Shown in pieces: positions 11,408 through 22,282 of a stretch of 64,000 nucleotides of DNA. The notes beneath the pieces are model-generated. The model was not told the origin of the DNA and did not search any database. It was given only the letters and a program-made list of their open reading frames with translations. Position numbers and translations under genes: made by a program. Every line of letters starts with the position of its first letter. Within the stretch, counting starts at the first letter, position 1. Source of the stretch: Candidatus Omnitrophota bacterium (lineage in GTDB: Bacteria > Omnitrophota > Gorgyraeia > JACQQV01); the NCBI GenBank assembly GCA_016206785.1, contig JACQQV010000048.1, forward strand, positions 65,889 through 129,888, in the 5' to 3' direction.

Positions 11408-12272
11408 AAAACATTTGACACCGAGACACTTCATTCGTGAAGGAACCCTTCTCCTTGGAAATTCCAGATTGTGTGAAATTCTTTTATCAGAACTTCTGGA
11501 GGTCAATCGCACCGCTCTTTACCTTGACGAACAACCTCTCTCAGAGGAAATTTCCGATCGCTTCTTCGATGGTATCGAAGGTCTCAAGCGGGGAGAACCT
11601 CTCCAGTACCTTATAGGGAAAGCCACCTTTATGGAGGAGACCTTCAGGGTCACCCCCGACTGTTTCATCCCGAGACCCGCTACGGAGACTTTGGTGGAGG
11701 CCTGTTTAGACTATTTTCACGAAGTACAAAGTACAAAGTACAAAGTAAGACCTCTGTTATTTATCGATATCGGAACAGGTTCCGGATGTATTGCAATCTC
11801 TTTGACAAAAAGAGGCATCTTAAGTACAATACTCGCCATTGACCTTCGCCAAGAAGCCCTTCAGGTGGCACAGGGGAACGGGCATCTTCATGGCGTATCT
11901 CAAAGAATTTCATGGCTTTGCGGCGATCTGTTCGAGCCTCTTAAAAAGGGAAAGGTGGAGGCGGATGCAATTCTTTCCAACCCTCCCTATATTCCCACTC
12001 AAGAGATCTCTTTTCTCCCACCCGAAGTCCTTCACGAGCCACGCGTGAGTCTGGACGGCGGGGAAGACGGTCTTCACTTTTACAGGAGGATCGCGGAAGA
12101 AGGCCCCCCTTTTTTAAAAGAAGGGGGAGCCCTTTTTTTGGAAATTGGAGAACACCAAGAGAGACCGGTTAAATCCCTTTTCTTGGAAAAGGGCTTCCGG
12201 TGCCTAGAGGCTCGGAAGGATCTTCAAGAATTTCCGAGGGTGATGGTTTTCCGCAAGGAGAGACATGGATAA
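11397..12272 (+). CDS. prmC: release factor glutamine N5-methyltransferase (HemK/PrmC)
   Basis: NPPY motif (LSNPPYIPTQ) and SAM-binding IDIGTGSGCIA; GTG at 11397 overlaps prfA stop; contains an in-frame AGTACAA x3 tandem repeat at 11723-11750. Confidence 0.8.
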   Translation: MEVKKHLTPRHFIREGTLLLGNSRLCEILLSELLEVNRTALYLDEQPLSEEISDRFFDGIEGLKRGEPLQYLIGKATFMEETFRVTPDCFIPRPATETLVEACLDYFHEVQSTKYKVRPLLFIDIGTGSGCIAISLTKRGILSTILAIDLRQEALQVAQGNGHLHGVSQRISWLCGDLFEPLKKGKVEADAILSNPPYIPTQEISFLPPEVLHEPRVSLDGGEDGLHFYRRIAEEGPPFLKEGGALFLEIGEHQERPVKSLFLEKGFRCLEARKDLQEFPRVMVFRKERHG

Positions 12273-13533
12273 ACTGATCATCGTCGGAGAAAAGAAACTA
12301 AAGGGAACGGTCTCGGTCAAAGGGGCAAAGAATTCTGTTCTCCCGATTTTAGCGGCCACTCTTTTGAGTGAGGAACCCTCCACCCTCAAAAATGTTCCTT
12401 GTTCTCTCAGAGACATTCAGACGATGATGCGGATTCTGAAGTCTCTGGGTGTTTCGATAGAGGCGGATAGCGATACGATCCGCGTGACACCCAAAGGGTA
12501 CGAGGGATGGGAGGCCCCTTATAAGTTTGTAAGCACGATGCGCGCCTCTGTCTGTCTTTTGGGGCCGCTTCTGGCAAAACAGAAAAGAGCACGCGTCTCC
12601 CTTCCGGGAGGATGCGTCATCGGTCCCCGCCCGATCGATCTTCATTTAAAAGGGATTCGGGCGATCGGAGGAGAGATTACCTTAGCACATGGGTATATTC
12701 ATGCCAAGGCGAAGGTCTTGCATGGAACCCATGTCTATCTAGGGGGTTCTTTTGGATCAAGTGTTCTTGCGACGGCCAATGTCCTCATGGCTGCCACGCT
12801 CGCTAAAGGAACAACGATTATAGAAGACGCCTCTTGTGAACCGGAGGTGGTCGATCTTGCCCAGTTTTTGACCAAAATGGGGGCTAAGATTCAAGGAATC
12901 GGTTCGAAGGTGCTTGAAGTGGAGGGAGTGAGATCTCTTCACGGTGCAGAACATGCGATTATTTCGGACCGGATCGAGGCAGGAACCTATCTTTTTGCAG
13001 GAGCGATCACGCGAGGAGATATTACGGTCCGTCATGCGCGGACGGATCACCTCGGGGCGGTAATCGATAAACTTCGAGAGGCGGGTGTTCAAATCACAGA
13101 GGAGAAAGGAGGGATTCGGGTTCAAACGCCAAAATCGCTGCGCCCGATCGATGTGACAACGCTCCCGTATCCCGGTTTCCCGACCGATCTTCAGGCGCAG
13201 GCGACGGCCCTGATGAGTGTCACCGATGGGATTAGCATCATCACGGAAAAGATTTACCCAGACCGATTCATGCATGTGAGTGAAATGGCCCGGATGGGCG
13301 CGCAGATTGTTTTAGAAGGGCCCTCCGCCATTGTGAAGGGGGTCAGACGCTTAAGCGGTGCGCCGGTCATGGCCTCTGATCTTCGGGCCTCGGCGGCTTT
13401 GATTTTAGCGGGTTTGGTGGCCAAGGGGAAAACGGAGGTGGCAAGAATTTATCATCTGGAGAGGGGATACGAGAAGATGGAAGCGAGACTTGCATCCCTC
13501 GGTGCGGAAATTTGGCGAGAAAAGGAGAAATAA
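12265..13533 (+). CDS. murA: UDP-N-acetylglucosamine 1-carboxyvinyltransferase
   Basis: [31 protein letters not shown] is a typical MurA N-terminus; 422 aa. Confidence 0.93.
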   Translation: MDKLIIVGEKKLKGTVSVKGAKNSVLPILAATLLSEEPSTLKNVPCSLRDIQTMMRILKSLGVSIEADSDTIRVTPKGYEGWEAPYKFVSTMRASVCLLGPLLAKQKRARVSLPGGCVIGPRPIDLHLKGIRAIGGEITLAHGYIHAKAKVLHGTHVYLGGSFGSSVLATANVLMAATLAKGTTIIEDASCEPEVVDLAQFLTKMGAKIQGIGSKVLEVEGVRSLHGAEHAIISDRIEAGTYLFAGAITRGDITVRHARTDHLGAVIDKLREAGVQITEEKGGIRVQTPKSLRPIDVTTLPYPGFPTDLQAQATALMSVTDGISIITEKIYPDRFMHVSEMARMGAQIVLEGPSAIVKGVRRLSGAPVMASDLRASAALILAGLVAKGKTEVARIYHLERGYEKMEARLASLGAEIWREKEK

Positions 13534-13784
13534 TGCCAACGGTCATACGACTCAAACGTTTAGGAACAAAGAAAAAGCCGCATATGCGGATTGTGGTCTG
13601 CGATTCAAGAGACCCGCGGGATGGCCGCTTTATTGAGGAGGTGGGGTATTACGACCCGAGCTATAATCCTCCCCAAGTTTCTCTTAAAAAAGAGCGGCTC
13701 CTTCATTGGCTTTCGGTGGGGGCGCAGCCTTCTCCAACGGTTAAGAAACTGATCAGGGACCAAGAGCGTTCCTCAATCACTTAA
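13533..13784 (+). CDS. rpsP: 30S ribosomal protein S16
   Basis: [42 protein letters not shown]; TAATG overlap with murA. Confidence 0.93.
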   Translation: MPTVIRLKRLGTKKKPHMRIVVCDSRDPRDGRFIEEVGYYDPSYNPPQVSLKKERLLHWLSVGAQPSPTVKKLIRDQERSSIT

Positions 13785-13785
13785 A

Positions 13786-14469
13786 ATGGTCATTGAAATC
13801 CTTACCCTTTTTCCGAAGATGTTTGAGGGACCCTTGGGAGAATCGATGATGAAAAGGGCCCAGAGAAAAGGGGCTGTGAAAATAAGGGTCGTGGACCTCC
13901 GCCGTTTTTCAAGAGACAAACACAAGAAAACGGACGATCGGCCTTTCGGAGGGGGACCCGGCATGGTCCTTTCCGTCGAACCGATTCATCTCGCCCTTGT
14001 GGCCTTAAAGAAAAGAAGACCGTCCCCTTACGTGATCCTTCTTTCGGCAGGAGGAAAACTTTTTACGCAACGCTCTGCCCGTCGGCTTTCAAAGCAAAAG
14101 CGACTGATTTTTATCTGCGGCCATTATGAGGGGGTTGATGAACGGGTCAAACGGTGGGTGGATGAAGAAATTTCGATCGGAGAATATGTCTTAACCTGCG
14201 GGGAAATTCCTGCGATGGTGATTGTGGATTGCGTCACCCGCCTTCTCCCCGGTGTTTTGGGAGATGCCACTTCTTCTGATTCAGAATCCTTTGAAATCGG
14301 TTTTGTGGAATACCCTCATTATACCCGACCGAGAGTATATCAAGGCATGAAGGTTCCGGGAGTCCTTTTGTCCGGGGATCATGAGAAGATCTCTGAGTGG
14401 CGCATGCAGAAGGCGCTTTTGCGTACGCTCAAGGTTCGTCCAGAACTTTTGAAAGGGAAATTCCGATGA
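13786..14469 (+). CDS. trmD: tRNA (guanine37-N1)-methyltransferase
   Basis: [17 protein letters not shown]...[10 protein letters not shown] TrmD signature; no rimM lies between rpsP and trmD. Confidence 0.92.
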   Translation: MVIEILTLFPKMFEGPLGESMMKRAQRKGAVKIRVVDLRRFSRDKHKKTDDRPFGGGPGMVLSVEPIHLALVALKKRRPSPYVILLSAGGKLFTQRSARRLSKQKRLIFICGHYEGVDERVKRWVDEEISIGEYVLTCGEIPAMVIVDCVTRLLPGVLGDATSSDSESFEIGFVEYPHYTRPRVYQGMKVPGVLLSGDHEKISEWRMQKALLRTLKVRPELLKGKFR

Positions 14470-14840
14470 ATAAAATCCAGCTCTCTGAAGTAAAGCACCT
14501 TAAAAAAGAGGTTCCAGAATTCTCTGTAGGAGACACCCTGAAGATACAGGTGAAGATCGTCGAAGGAGATAAAACGAGACTCCAGGCCTTTGAGGGATTG
14601 GTGATTTCCCGAAAAGGCGTCGGTATCCGGGAGTCTTTTACACTCCGACGCATCTCCTACGGAGAGGGAGTCGAAAGGACCTTTCCGCTTCATTCCCCCT
14701 TTGTCGAAAAGATTGAAGTCGTAAAAAGAGGAAAGGCGAAACGGGCCAAGCTTTATTATCTTCGCAAAAAGATCGGAAAGAGATCGAAGATTGAGGAAAA
14801 AGAAGAAGCGAAGATTGAAGAGACGAGTCCCTCCACGTAG
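14466..14840 (+). CDS. rplS: 50S ribosomal protein L19
   Basis: Start MNKIQ (ATGA overlap with trmD); L19-like sequence with a K/E-rich C-terminal tail. Confidence 0.9.
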   Translation: MNKIQLSEVKHLKKEVPEFSVGDTLKIQVKIVEGDKTRLQAFEGLVISRKGVGIRESFTLRRISYGEGVERTFPLHSPFVEKIEVVKRGKAKRAKLYYLRKKIGKRSKIEEKEEAKIEETSPST

Positions 14841-15459
14841 ACTTCTCTATTTTGAAGAAAAAGCGGCACGGCAGGGGTTCCGTTCGATCTGTGGTCTGGA
14901 CGAAGCGGGTCGGGGGCCATTGGCGGGTCCCGTTGTCGCCTCCGCGGTCATCTTAAAAGAGAGGCATTTTAAAGAAAGGATCGATGATTCCAAACGCCTC
15001 ACGGCACGACAGAGAGAGCGTGCCTTTGAGGAGATCCTTCACAAGGCGTGGGTTGGCATAGGCCAAGTCGACATCGATCTCATTGATCGGTTGAACATCT
15101 TTCAGGCAAGCCGTCTGGCCATGGAGCGGGCTCTTGCGGTGCTCAAGGTTAAACCAGATTTTCTTTTGATCGATGGAAGGGTCCCTGTCCAGACGGATCA
15201 GGAGCGGTGGACTCTGATTCATGGGGATGGAAGGTCCCTTTCCATCGCCTGTGCTTCGATTGTGGCCAAAGTGAGCCGGGACCGTTTAATGATGGCGTAC
15301 GATGAGCAATACCCCCAGTATGGATTCCTGCGGCATAAGGGGTATGCAACCGTCGAGCACCTGGGGGCCCTCCGAAGACACGGTCCCTCGCCGATCCATC
15401 GGAAAAGTTTTCGACCTGTGTGGTTAGCCCAGGGTGGACTTCATGCTGACATCGATTGA
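14791..15459 (+). CDS. rnhB: ribonuclease HII
   Basis: [23 protein letters not shown] catalytic motif; N-terminal Lys/Arg-rich extension overlapping rplS; no alternative in-frame start downstream of the rplS stop. Confidence 0.8.
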   Translation: MRKKKKRRLKRRVPPRRLLYFEEKAARQGFRSICGLDEAGRGPLAGPVVASAVILKERHFKERIDDSKRLTARQRERAFEEILHKAWVGIGQVDIDLIDRLNIFQASRLAMERALAVLKVKPDFLLIDGRVPVQTDQERWTLIHGDGRSLSIACASIVAKVSRDRLMMAYDEQYPQYGFLRHKGYATVEHLGALRRHGPSPIHRKSFRPVWLAQGGLHADID

Positions 15460-17098
15460 GATCGCCCAGAAAAGCCATCCCCTTCAGATCACCGAAATTG
15501 CCAAACGGGTGGGCCTCCGCCTCGAAGAAATCGAAACCCACGGCCCCCACAAAGCCAAGGTCTCCCTTGATGTTTTAACCCGCCTTAAGGAGAGACCGAA
15601 CGGTAAACTGATCCTCGTCACCGCCATGACCCCCACCAAGCAGGGGGAAGGAAAGACCTGCACCTCTATTGCACTCACCCAGGCACTCGGGAAACTTGGA
15701 AAGCGTTCCATGGTCTGTATTCGACAGCCTTCGCTCGGTCCCACCTTTGGTGTGAAAGGGGGAGGGACGGGCGGAGGGTATGCGCAACTTCTACCGATGG
15801 AGGACATCAACCTCCATTTTACTGGCGATATCCATGCCGTCGAGTATGCGCATAATCTTCTGGCGAGTATCATTGGAAATCATATCTTTCGGGGCAATGC
15901 CCTCGGTTTCGATACCGAGCGGATCCTTTGGAGGCGTGTGATTGATGTCCCGGACCGGGAACTCCGATCTTTTTTTGTCGAAGTGAAAGAGGATGGGAAA
16001 AAGGTCAAACGGGTGACCGGTTTTGACATCACCGCCTCAAGTGAGATGATGGCGATTTTGGCCCTTGCGAAAGATTTGAAAGACCTCTCCCAACGTCTCT
16101 CCCGCATCGTCGTCGGTTTTACCCGTTCCGGAAAACCGGTCACTGTCGCAGACCTTAAGCTTCAAGGGAGCCTCACGCTTATTTTGCGGGATGCCTCCCG
16201 TCCGAATCTCGTCCAGACGTTGGAGGGTCAGGGGGCCTTTGTCCATGCAGGTCCCTACGCGAATGTTGCCCATGGGAATTCAAGTGTCATCGCAACCCAA
16301 ATGGCGCTTAAACTGGTGGGTTACGTGGTGACTGAAAGCGGTTTCGGCTCGGATCTCGGCCTCGAAAAGTTTTTCAATATCGTCTGTCGTCAGACCCAGT
16401 TTAAACCGGACTGTGTGGTGCTTGTCTGCTCCGTGAAGGCGCTCCGGATCCAGGGAGGCGATGAAAAAGACGAGACCGCTTCTTTAAAGGAGGGCCTCTT
16501 TAATCTCAAGCGGCACATTGAGAATATTCAGAAATTCGGTCTAAAACCGGTTGTCTGCATCAACCGGTATGAGGAGGACAAAGAATGGGAATTGGAAGAG
16601 GTGATCGCCTATGTCCGGTATATTGGTAGCCCGGTGGCGCTCTCCGAAGGGTATACGAAAGGCTCCAAGGGGGCGATCGATCTTGCGGAGAAGGTCCTTG
16701 CGACCATTCAGGAGGATGGAAACCGCTTTCATCTCCTTTACCCCTCCACACTCTCCATTCGGGAAAAGATTGAGACGATTGCAAAAGAACTCTACGGCGC
16801 AAAAGGGGTCAAGTTCTCTCCTCAGGCGGAGGAGTCTTTGAAGCATCTGGTGGAACTTGGATATTCGGAGTTGCCGATCAACATGGCGAAAACGCACCTC
16901 TCCTTTACCGACGATCCGAGGGTGAAAGGGACGCCGACGGGGTGGACGTTGCATGTTCAAGATCTCCGACTCGCTGCAGGGGCCGGCTTCATTAACTGTA
17001 TTGTAGGTCATATGCTCCTCCTCCCGGGTCTTCCCGAACATCCGATCGCCCAGAACATCACGATGGATGAGGCGGGAAAGATTAGAGGGCTTTTCTAA
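15443..17098 (+). CDS. fhs: formate--tetrahydrofolate ligase
   Basis: LTSIEIAQ N-terminus, PTKQGEGKTCTSIALTQAL P-loop region, 552 aa; start could also be ATG 15434. Confidence 0.93.
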   Translation: MLTSIEIAQKSHPLQITEIAKRVGLRLEEIETHGPHKAKVSLDVLTRLKERPNGKLILVTAMTPTKQGEGKTCTSIALTQALGKLGKRSMVCIRQPSLGPTFGVKGGGTGGGYAQLLPMEDINLHFTGDIHAVEYAHNLLASIIGNHIFRGNALGFDTERILWRRVIDVPDRELRSFFVEVKEDGKKVKRVTGFDITASSEMMAILALAKDLKDLSQRLSRIVVGFTRSGKPVTVADLKLQGSLTLILRDASRPNLVQTLEGQGAFVHAGPYANVAHGNSSVIATQMALKLVGYVVTESGFGSDLGLEKFFNIVCRQTQFKPDCVVLVCSVKALRIQGGDEKDETASLKEGLFNLKRHIENIQKFGLKPVVCINRYEEDKEWELEEVIAYVRYIGSPVALSEGYTKGSKGAIDLAEKVLATIQEDGNRFHLLYPSTLSIREKIETIAKELYGAKGVKFSPQAEESLKHLVELGYSELPINMAKTHLSFTDDPRVKGTPTGWTLHVQDLRLAAGAGFINCIVGHMLLLPGLPEHPIAQNITMDEAGKIRGLF

Positions 17099-17100
17099 AG

Positions 17101-17706
17101 ATGAAGTATCTCGACAAAAAGGTCTCTGAATTTTTGGATGATCTCGGGTCGCGTTCCCCGGTCCCAGGCGGCGGGAGTGCCGCAGCCCTTGTGGGGGCAT
17201 TGGGGGCATCGCTTCTTTCCATGGTCACTCATTTTACGTTGGGAAAAAAGGGATACGAAAAGGTCGACAAAGAGATGAAGAAACTTCTGTTTGAATCGTA
17301 TCGACTCCGGGAGCGGTTAGGCCGTCTCGTCGATGAAGACATCGAGCGATACCTCGAAGTCACCCGCGCCCAGCGCCTCTTCAAACGTCTTACGAAAAAG
17401 GAATCCAAGAAGAAGGTCCTTGAAGAGCCGCTTCGGAAGGCCCTCGCCAGTTCTCTTGCGATCTGCAAGGTTTCCCATCAGGGACTTCTTCTCTCCAAGC
17501 AATTGGCGCAAAAAGGGAACCGGGGACTTTTGAGCGATGCCAAGATCGCTTCTCTCTTTTTCTTTTCAAGTTTTCATGCGGCCTATTTCACCAGTTTTGC
17601 GAATGCCCGTTCGTTGGATAAAAAGATTTTTTTGAAAACAAAAAGAATCCTCTCTCCCCTTAAAAATTCGGCGCAGAGAGAAATCAAAGGGATGTTAAGC
17701 AATTGA
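17101..17706 (+). CDS. fchA: methenyltetrahydrofolate cyclohydrolase (FchA/FTCD-cyclodeaminase family)
   Basis: SRSPVPGGGSAAALVGALGASLLSMV motif of the cyclodeaminase/cyclohydrolase domain. Confidence 0.8.
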   Translation: MKYLDKKVSEFLDDLGSRSPVPGGGSAAALVGALGASLLSMVTHFTLGKKGYEKVDKEMKKLLFESYRLRERLGRLVDEDIERYLEVTRAQRLFKRLTKKESKKKVLEEPLRKALASSLAICKVSHQGLLLSKQLAQKGNRGLLSDAKIASLFFFSSFHAAYFTSFANARSLDKKIFLKTKRILSPLKNSAQREIKGMLSN

Positions 17707-18575
17707 GCGCCACACTTCTTAAGGGGGGTCCCTTGGCACTCCGCATCCTTGGCTCTCTGAGGGGAGAGGTCGCAAGGCTCCGGAAGAAGTACGGAAAGGT
17801 ACCTTCTCTTGCGAATATCCGGATCGGGGAGAACTATTCCGTTTCTCTTTATGAGAAAGCACAGAAGAAACGTGCAGAAGATATCGGTGTTGAATATCGG
17901 GGATACCACCTCGGTGAAGGGGCCACCCAGGACCAGATGGAACGGCTCATTCAGCGGCTCAATCGCGACCGGTCGATCACCGGGATCCTCGTTCAAGTCC
18001 CCCTTCCGAAACAACTCGACCCTAAGCGGACCATCTATGCGATCGACCCGAAAAAAGATGTCGAAGGGATTCATCCTGAGAATCTGGGGGAGGGGATCCT
18101 TGGCAAAGAGGAATACGGCTCTTGTACCGCCATCGCCATTATGGAGCTGCTCAAGTCCTATCGTCTGAATCTCTACGGAAAGGAGGCGGTCATTGTCGGT
18201 TCCAGTGATGTGGTGGGTAAACCGACAAGCCTCATGCTGGTCGACTCTTTTGCCACAACCACCATCTGTCACGTTGCGACCACCGAAAGGGGAAACCTTG
18301 AACATCATGTTCGACGGGCTGAGATCCTGGTGGTGGCCGTCGGGAAGCCCCATCTCATTAAAGGAAACTGGGTTCAAAAAGGGGCGGTTGTCGTTGATGT
18401 GGGGATCAATCAATTCCATGGACGCCTGGTAGGGGATGTGGAATTTGACCAGGCAAAAGGGAGGGCTTCCTATATCACACCGGTTCCCGGGGGAGTGGGT
18501 CCTCTGGTCCCGGCGATTTTGATGAGGAAATTGGTGACGAACTTCCGGAGGCGTCTGGAAAATCATGAGCTTTGA
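17703..18575 (+). CDS. folD: bifunctional methylenetetrahydrofolate dehydrogenase/methenyl-THF cyclohydrolase
   Basis: TTG start; VVGSSDVVGKPTSLML and GGVGPLVPAILM FolD motifs. Confidence 0.88.
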   Translation: MSATLLKGGPLALRILGSLRGEVARLRKKYGKVPSLANIRIGENYSVSLYEKAQKKRAEDIGVEYRGYHLGEGATQDQMERLIQRLNRDRSITGILVQVPLPKQLDPKRTIYAIDPKKDVEGIHPENLGEGILGKEEYGSCTAIAIMELLKSYRLNLYGKEAVIVGSSDVVGKPTSLMLVDSFATTTICHVATTERGNLEHHVRRAEILVVAVGKPHLIKGNWVQKGAVVVDVGINQFHGRLVGDVEFDQAKGRASYITPVPGGVGPLVPAILMRKLVTNFRRRLENHEL

Positions 18576-19434
18576 AGAAGCGTTAAAGACAAAAAAGTTT
18601 CTGGTCACAACAGAGTTGGGACCGCCCAAAGGAACTGACCTCACCGACCTTTTGGAGGACGCGGAGCGAATCCGGGGCCGGGTGGACGGGATGAACGTCA
18701 CCGATTGCCAGGGATCTGTCCTCAAAGCCTCTTCCATCGCTGTCTGCGTCAAACTTTTAGAGAAGGGATTGGAGCCGATTCTTCAGGTCTCCTGCGCGGG
18801 CCGCAACCGCCTCGCGTTACAATCCGACCTTCTGGGGGCCTCGATTCTCGGCGTGAGAAACGTCCTGGTACTCACGGGAGACCCTCCTCATATCGGCGAT
18901 CATCCGGAAGCAAAGCCGGTCTTTGACCTCGACTCCATCACCCTCATGAAGATCATTCGCGGATTTGGAGAAGGGGAGGGGAAGGACATGATGGGAAATG
19001 TCTTGAAGGGGAAGGCTCGTTGGTGCATCGCCGCCGCTGCGAATCCAGGTGCCAAGGATCTAAAGGTTGAGTTCGAAAAAACAAAAGCAAAAGTAGAGGC
19101 GGGCGCGAGCTTCTTTCAGACGCAGGCGGTCTTTGAGCCGGATCTGTTCAGACACTTTATGGAACTGATCGCCCCGCTCAAAGTAACCCTTCTCTGCGGC
19201 ATTATTCAACTGAAGTCCGTGAAGATGGCGGAACATTTGAACAAGATCCCTGGGATTCATGTTCCCGATCCTTTGATGGAGGAGATTGATAAGGCAGAGG
19301 ATAAGCGGAAAAAATCGATTGAGATCACCGCGCGGCTCGTCAGAGCAGTTAAGCCCTACTGTCGTGGTGTCCATATCATGTGTATCGGAGGGCTCCGCGA
19401 TCTGCCTGCGATTCTGGACGAGGCGGGATTGTAG
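18565..19434 (+). CDS. metF: 5,10-methylenetetrahydrofolate reductase
   Basis: LVTTELGPPKGTDL and NVTDCQGS MTHFR TIM-barrel motifs; 289 aa short form. Confidence 0.88.
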   Translation: MSFEEALKTKKFLVTTELGPPKGTDLTDLLEDAERIRGRVDGMNVTDCQGSVLKASSIAVCVKLLEKGLEPILQVSCAGRNRLALQSDLLGASILGVRNVLVLTGDPPHIGDHPEAKPVFDLDSITLMKIIRGFGEGEGKDMMGNVLKGKARWCIAAAANPGAKDLKVEFEKTKAKVEAGASFFQTQAVFEPDLFRHFMELIAPLKVTLLCGIIQLKSVKMAEHLNKIPGIHVPDPLMEEIDKAEDKRKKSIEITARLVRAVKPYCRGVHIMCIGGLRDLPAILDEAGL

Positions 19435-19447
19435 CATCTGAGAAAAA

Positions 19448-20560
19448 ATGCATATGCAAATGACTGAACAGATAAAAAAGACACCTCTTTATGATAGGCA
19501 CATGCGGCTCGGGGCGAAGATGGTCGAGTTCGGCGGGTTCCTCATGCCGATTCAGTATACGAATATTACGGAAGAACACCTGGCGACCCGAACTCATGCA
19601 GGGCTTTTTGATATTTCGCATATGGGGGAACTCCTTGTCACCGGAAAAAATGCGGAGGATTTCCTTTCGAGACTTCTCACAGGAGAAGTTCGTTCACTCG
19701 CTGACGGGAAGACCCTTTATACGCTCCTTTGCAATGAAAGAGGGGGCATTGTCGACGATCTCATGGTCTACCGGATGAGTCGGGAACGGTGGATGCTTGT
19801 GGTGAATGCGGCGAATATCCAGAAGGATTATCGCTGGCTGAAAGCGCATCTTCGTGGGAGTGACGTCCAGTTGGCAGACTTAAGTTCTGCGATCGCCCTC
19901 GTTGCCCTGCAGGGACCTCAAGCAGAGCCGATGCTCAGGAAGAGCCCCTACCCACAGGCTTCCGATCTTAAGCGAAACAGTTTTCTTGAGTGTGAAGCAA
20001 ACGGAGAAAAAATTTTGATTTCACGGACAGGGTACACGGGAGAAGATGGCTTTGAGATTTACGTCTCATCCCAATTCTCTATCGAAGTTTGGGAGACCCT
20101 TCTCTTGATCGGGGAAGGATCCGGATTAAAGCCGGTAGGTCTTGCCGCAAGAGATACCCTTCGCCTCGAGAGCTGTCTTCCTTTATATGGACATGAACTG
20201 GACGATGAGACGACCCCCTATGAAGCGGGACTCGACTGGACTGTCTCATTGGGGAAGAGCGATTTTATCGGGAAGGACTCTCTCCTTCAACAAAAAAAGG
20301 AAGGAACAAAGCGCAGACTCATCGGATTTGAGATGCTCGAACAGGGAATTCCAAGACAGGGATGTGTCATTTGGAAAGAGCAGGGGATTGGCAAAGTGAC
20401 AAGCGGCACCCATTCGCCTTTTCTTCAAAAGACAATCGGACTCGGCTACGTCCCCCCCGCAGCCTCAGAGACCGGGACGGCACTCTTTGTTGAAATCCGG
20501 GAGAAAAAATTACGGGCGAAGGTGGTCGGAACCCCGTTTTACAAAAGGAGTCGTTCATGA
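19448..20560 (+). CDS. gcvT: glycine cleavage system T protein (aminomethyltransferase)
   Basis: TPLYDRHMRLGAKMVEFGGFLMPIQY and GYTGEDGFEI signatures. Confidence 0.93.
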   Translation: MHMQMTEQIKKTPLYDRHMRLGAKMVEFGGFLMPIQYTNITEEHLATRTHAGLFDISHMGELLVTGKNAEDFLSRLLTGEVRSLADGKTLYTLLCNERGGIVDDLMVYRMSRERWMLVVNAANIQKDYRWLKAHLRGSDVQLADLSSAIALVALQGPQAEPMLRKSPYPQASDLKRNSFLECEANGEKILISRTGYTGEDGFEIYVSSQFSIEVWETLLLIGEGSGLKPVGLAARDTLRLESCLPLYGHELDDETTPYEAGLDWTVSLGKSDFIGKDSLLQQKKEGTKRRLIGFEMLEQGIPRQGCVIWKEQGIGKVTSGTHSPFLQKTIGLGYVPPAASETGTALFVEIREKKLRAKVVGTPFYKRSRS

Positions 20561-20937
20561 ATATTCCTGAAGGGCTTTTCTATACCAAGACCCATGAGTG
20601 GGCAAGGCGAGACGGTCGGGAAACGTGCGTTGGGATTACAGACCACGCCCAGTCGGAACTCTCGGATGTGGTATTCATTGAACTTCCCAAAGCGGGGAGA
20701 CTCGTAAAACAGGAAGACCCCACCGCGGTCATCGAGAGTGTCAAGGCGGCCTATGATATCTTTGCCCCGGTGTCGGGAAAGGTCATCCGGGTGAATCCAG
20801 AGATTGAAAAAGATCCTGCCCTTGTAAACAAAGACCCCTATGGAAAGGGATGGCTTTTTGTGATCGAGGGCGCCGAGGAGGGAGACTTTAAGCATCTCAT
20901 GGACAAAGGGAGTTACGAAGTTTTCCTTAAAAGGTAA
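20557..20937 (+). CDS. gcvH: glycine cleavage system H protein
   Basis: 126 aa with lipoyl-lysine region ESVKAAYDIFAPVSG. Confidence 0.92.
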   Translation: MNIPEGLFYTKTHEWARRDGRETCVGITDHAQSELSDVVFIELPKAGRLVKQEDPTAVIESVKAAYDIFAPVSGKVIRVNPEIEKDPALVNKDPYGKGWLFVIEGAEEGDFKHLMDKGSYEVFLKR

Positions 20938-20941
20938 TTTC

Positions 20942-22282
20942 ATGGATTATATTTCCAACACCCCGGAAGATGAAAAAATAATGCTGGATCGGATTAGCCT
21001 TCGCCGGATGGAAGACATTTGTCAGCCGATTCCGGAGGCACTTCGCCTGAAGCATTTCCGTGTTCCGTCGGGACTTTCGGAACTGGAACTGAAACGTCTT
21101 TTCCTTGAGAAGGCGAAAAAGAACTGGAATACCGCTGAGCACCCCTCCTATCTCGGGGCAGGCTCCTACGACCATTTTATTCCAAGTGTTGTCGAGCATA
21201 TTGTTGGACGAAGCGATTTTTACACCTCCTACACGCCGTATCAGGCGGAAGCGAGTCAAGGAATGCTTCAAGCGATCTTTGAGTACCAGACGATGATTGC
21301 AGAACTCACCGGGCTCGACGTTTCCAATGCCTCTCTCTATGACGGGGCCTCGAGCAGCGCGGAGGCGGTACTCATGGCCCTTTCGATTCAGGAAGGACGG
21401 CGAAAGGTTCTTGTCTCGAAAACTGTCCATCCCTCTTACCGAAGGGTCATCAAAACCTACCTCAGCGCCCAATCGGTCGAGCTTCTCGAAATTCCTTATG
21501 ATCCCTTGGACGGGAGGACTGATCTTAAAGCGCTTGAGACGCTCTTGGTGAACGACGTCGCCTGCTGCGTTGTCCAGAATCCGAACTTTTTCGGCGGGAT
21601 CGAGGAGATGGCAAAGATTGCTGAGAAACTTCATGCGAAAGGAATCCTTTTGATCAGCGTCGTTTACCCGATCTCCCTGGGACTTTTGGCCCCTCCCGGT
21701 GAGTATGGCGCAGACATCGCTTGTGGAGAAGGGCAGAGTCTCGGGAACCGCTCCCTCTTTGGGGGGCCTTACCTCGGTTTTTTCGCCTCCCGGAAGGAAT
21801 TTGTACGCAAGATGCCGGGGCGTATCGTCGGCCAGACCCATGATGAAAAAGGAAAAAGGGGATTTGTCCTGACGCTACAAACCCGAGAGCAGCATATCCG
21901 TCGAGAAAAAGCGACCTCCAACATCTGTACCAACGAAGGACTCTGCGCTTTGACCACTTCCGTCTATCTTGCAACCCTTGGAAAATCAGGAGTCCAGGAG
22001 ATCGCGGATCAAAATCTTCAGAAGAGCCACTACCTTTCTCAGCGGATCTCAAAGCTTCATGGGTATCGTTTAAGATTCCGTGCGCCCTTTTTCAACGAAT
22101 TCGTCATAGAGACCCAAAAGGGCACCTCTCTCCTTGAAAAACGTCTTCACCAAAGGGGGATATTGGGACCGTTGCCCCTTCAGGAATTTTATCCGGAGCT
22201 AAAGGGCTGCCTCCTTTTTTGTGTCACCGAAACAAGGACAAAGGGGGAACTTGACGAACTTGTGAAGGTACTGGGACTATGA
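20942..22282 (+). CDS. gcvPA: glycine dehydrogenase (decarboxylating) subunit 1
   Basis: Split P-protein N-terminal subunit; SYTPYQAEASQG motif. Confidence 0.92.
   Translation: MDYISNTPEDEKIMLDRISLRRMEDICQPIPEALRLKHFRVPSGLSELELKRLFLEKAKKNWNTAEHPSYLGAGSYDHFIPSVVEHIVGRSDFYTSYTPYQAEASQGMLQAIFEYQTMIAELTGLDVSNASLYDGASSSAEAVLMALSIQEGRRKVLVSKTVHPSYRRVIKTYLSAQSVELLEIPYDPLDGRTDLKALETLLVNDVACCVVQNPNFFGGIEEMAKIAEKLHAKGILLISVVYPISLGLLAPPGEYGADIACGEGQSLGNRSLFGGPYLGFFASRKEFVRKMPGRIVGQTHDEKGKRGFVLTLQTREQHIRREKATSNICTNEGLCALTTSVYLATLGKSGVQEIADQNLQKSHYLSQRISKLHGYRLRFRAPFFNEFVIETQKGTSLLEKRLHQRGILGPLPLQEFYPELKGCLLFCVTETRTKGELDELVKVLGL

Noticed and set aside
17583-18752. 389-aa minus-strand ORF across folD/metF
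   Set aside because: Antisense to two strongly supported genes, with no motifs; the long ORF is probably a consequence of codon bias.
20927-21841. 304-aa minus-strand ORF
   Set aside because: Antisense to gcvPA.
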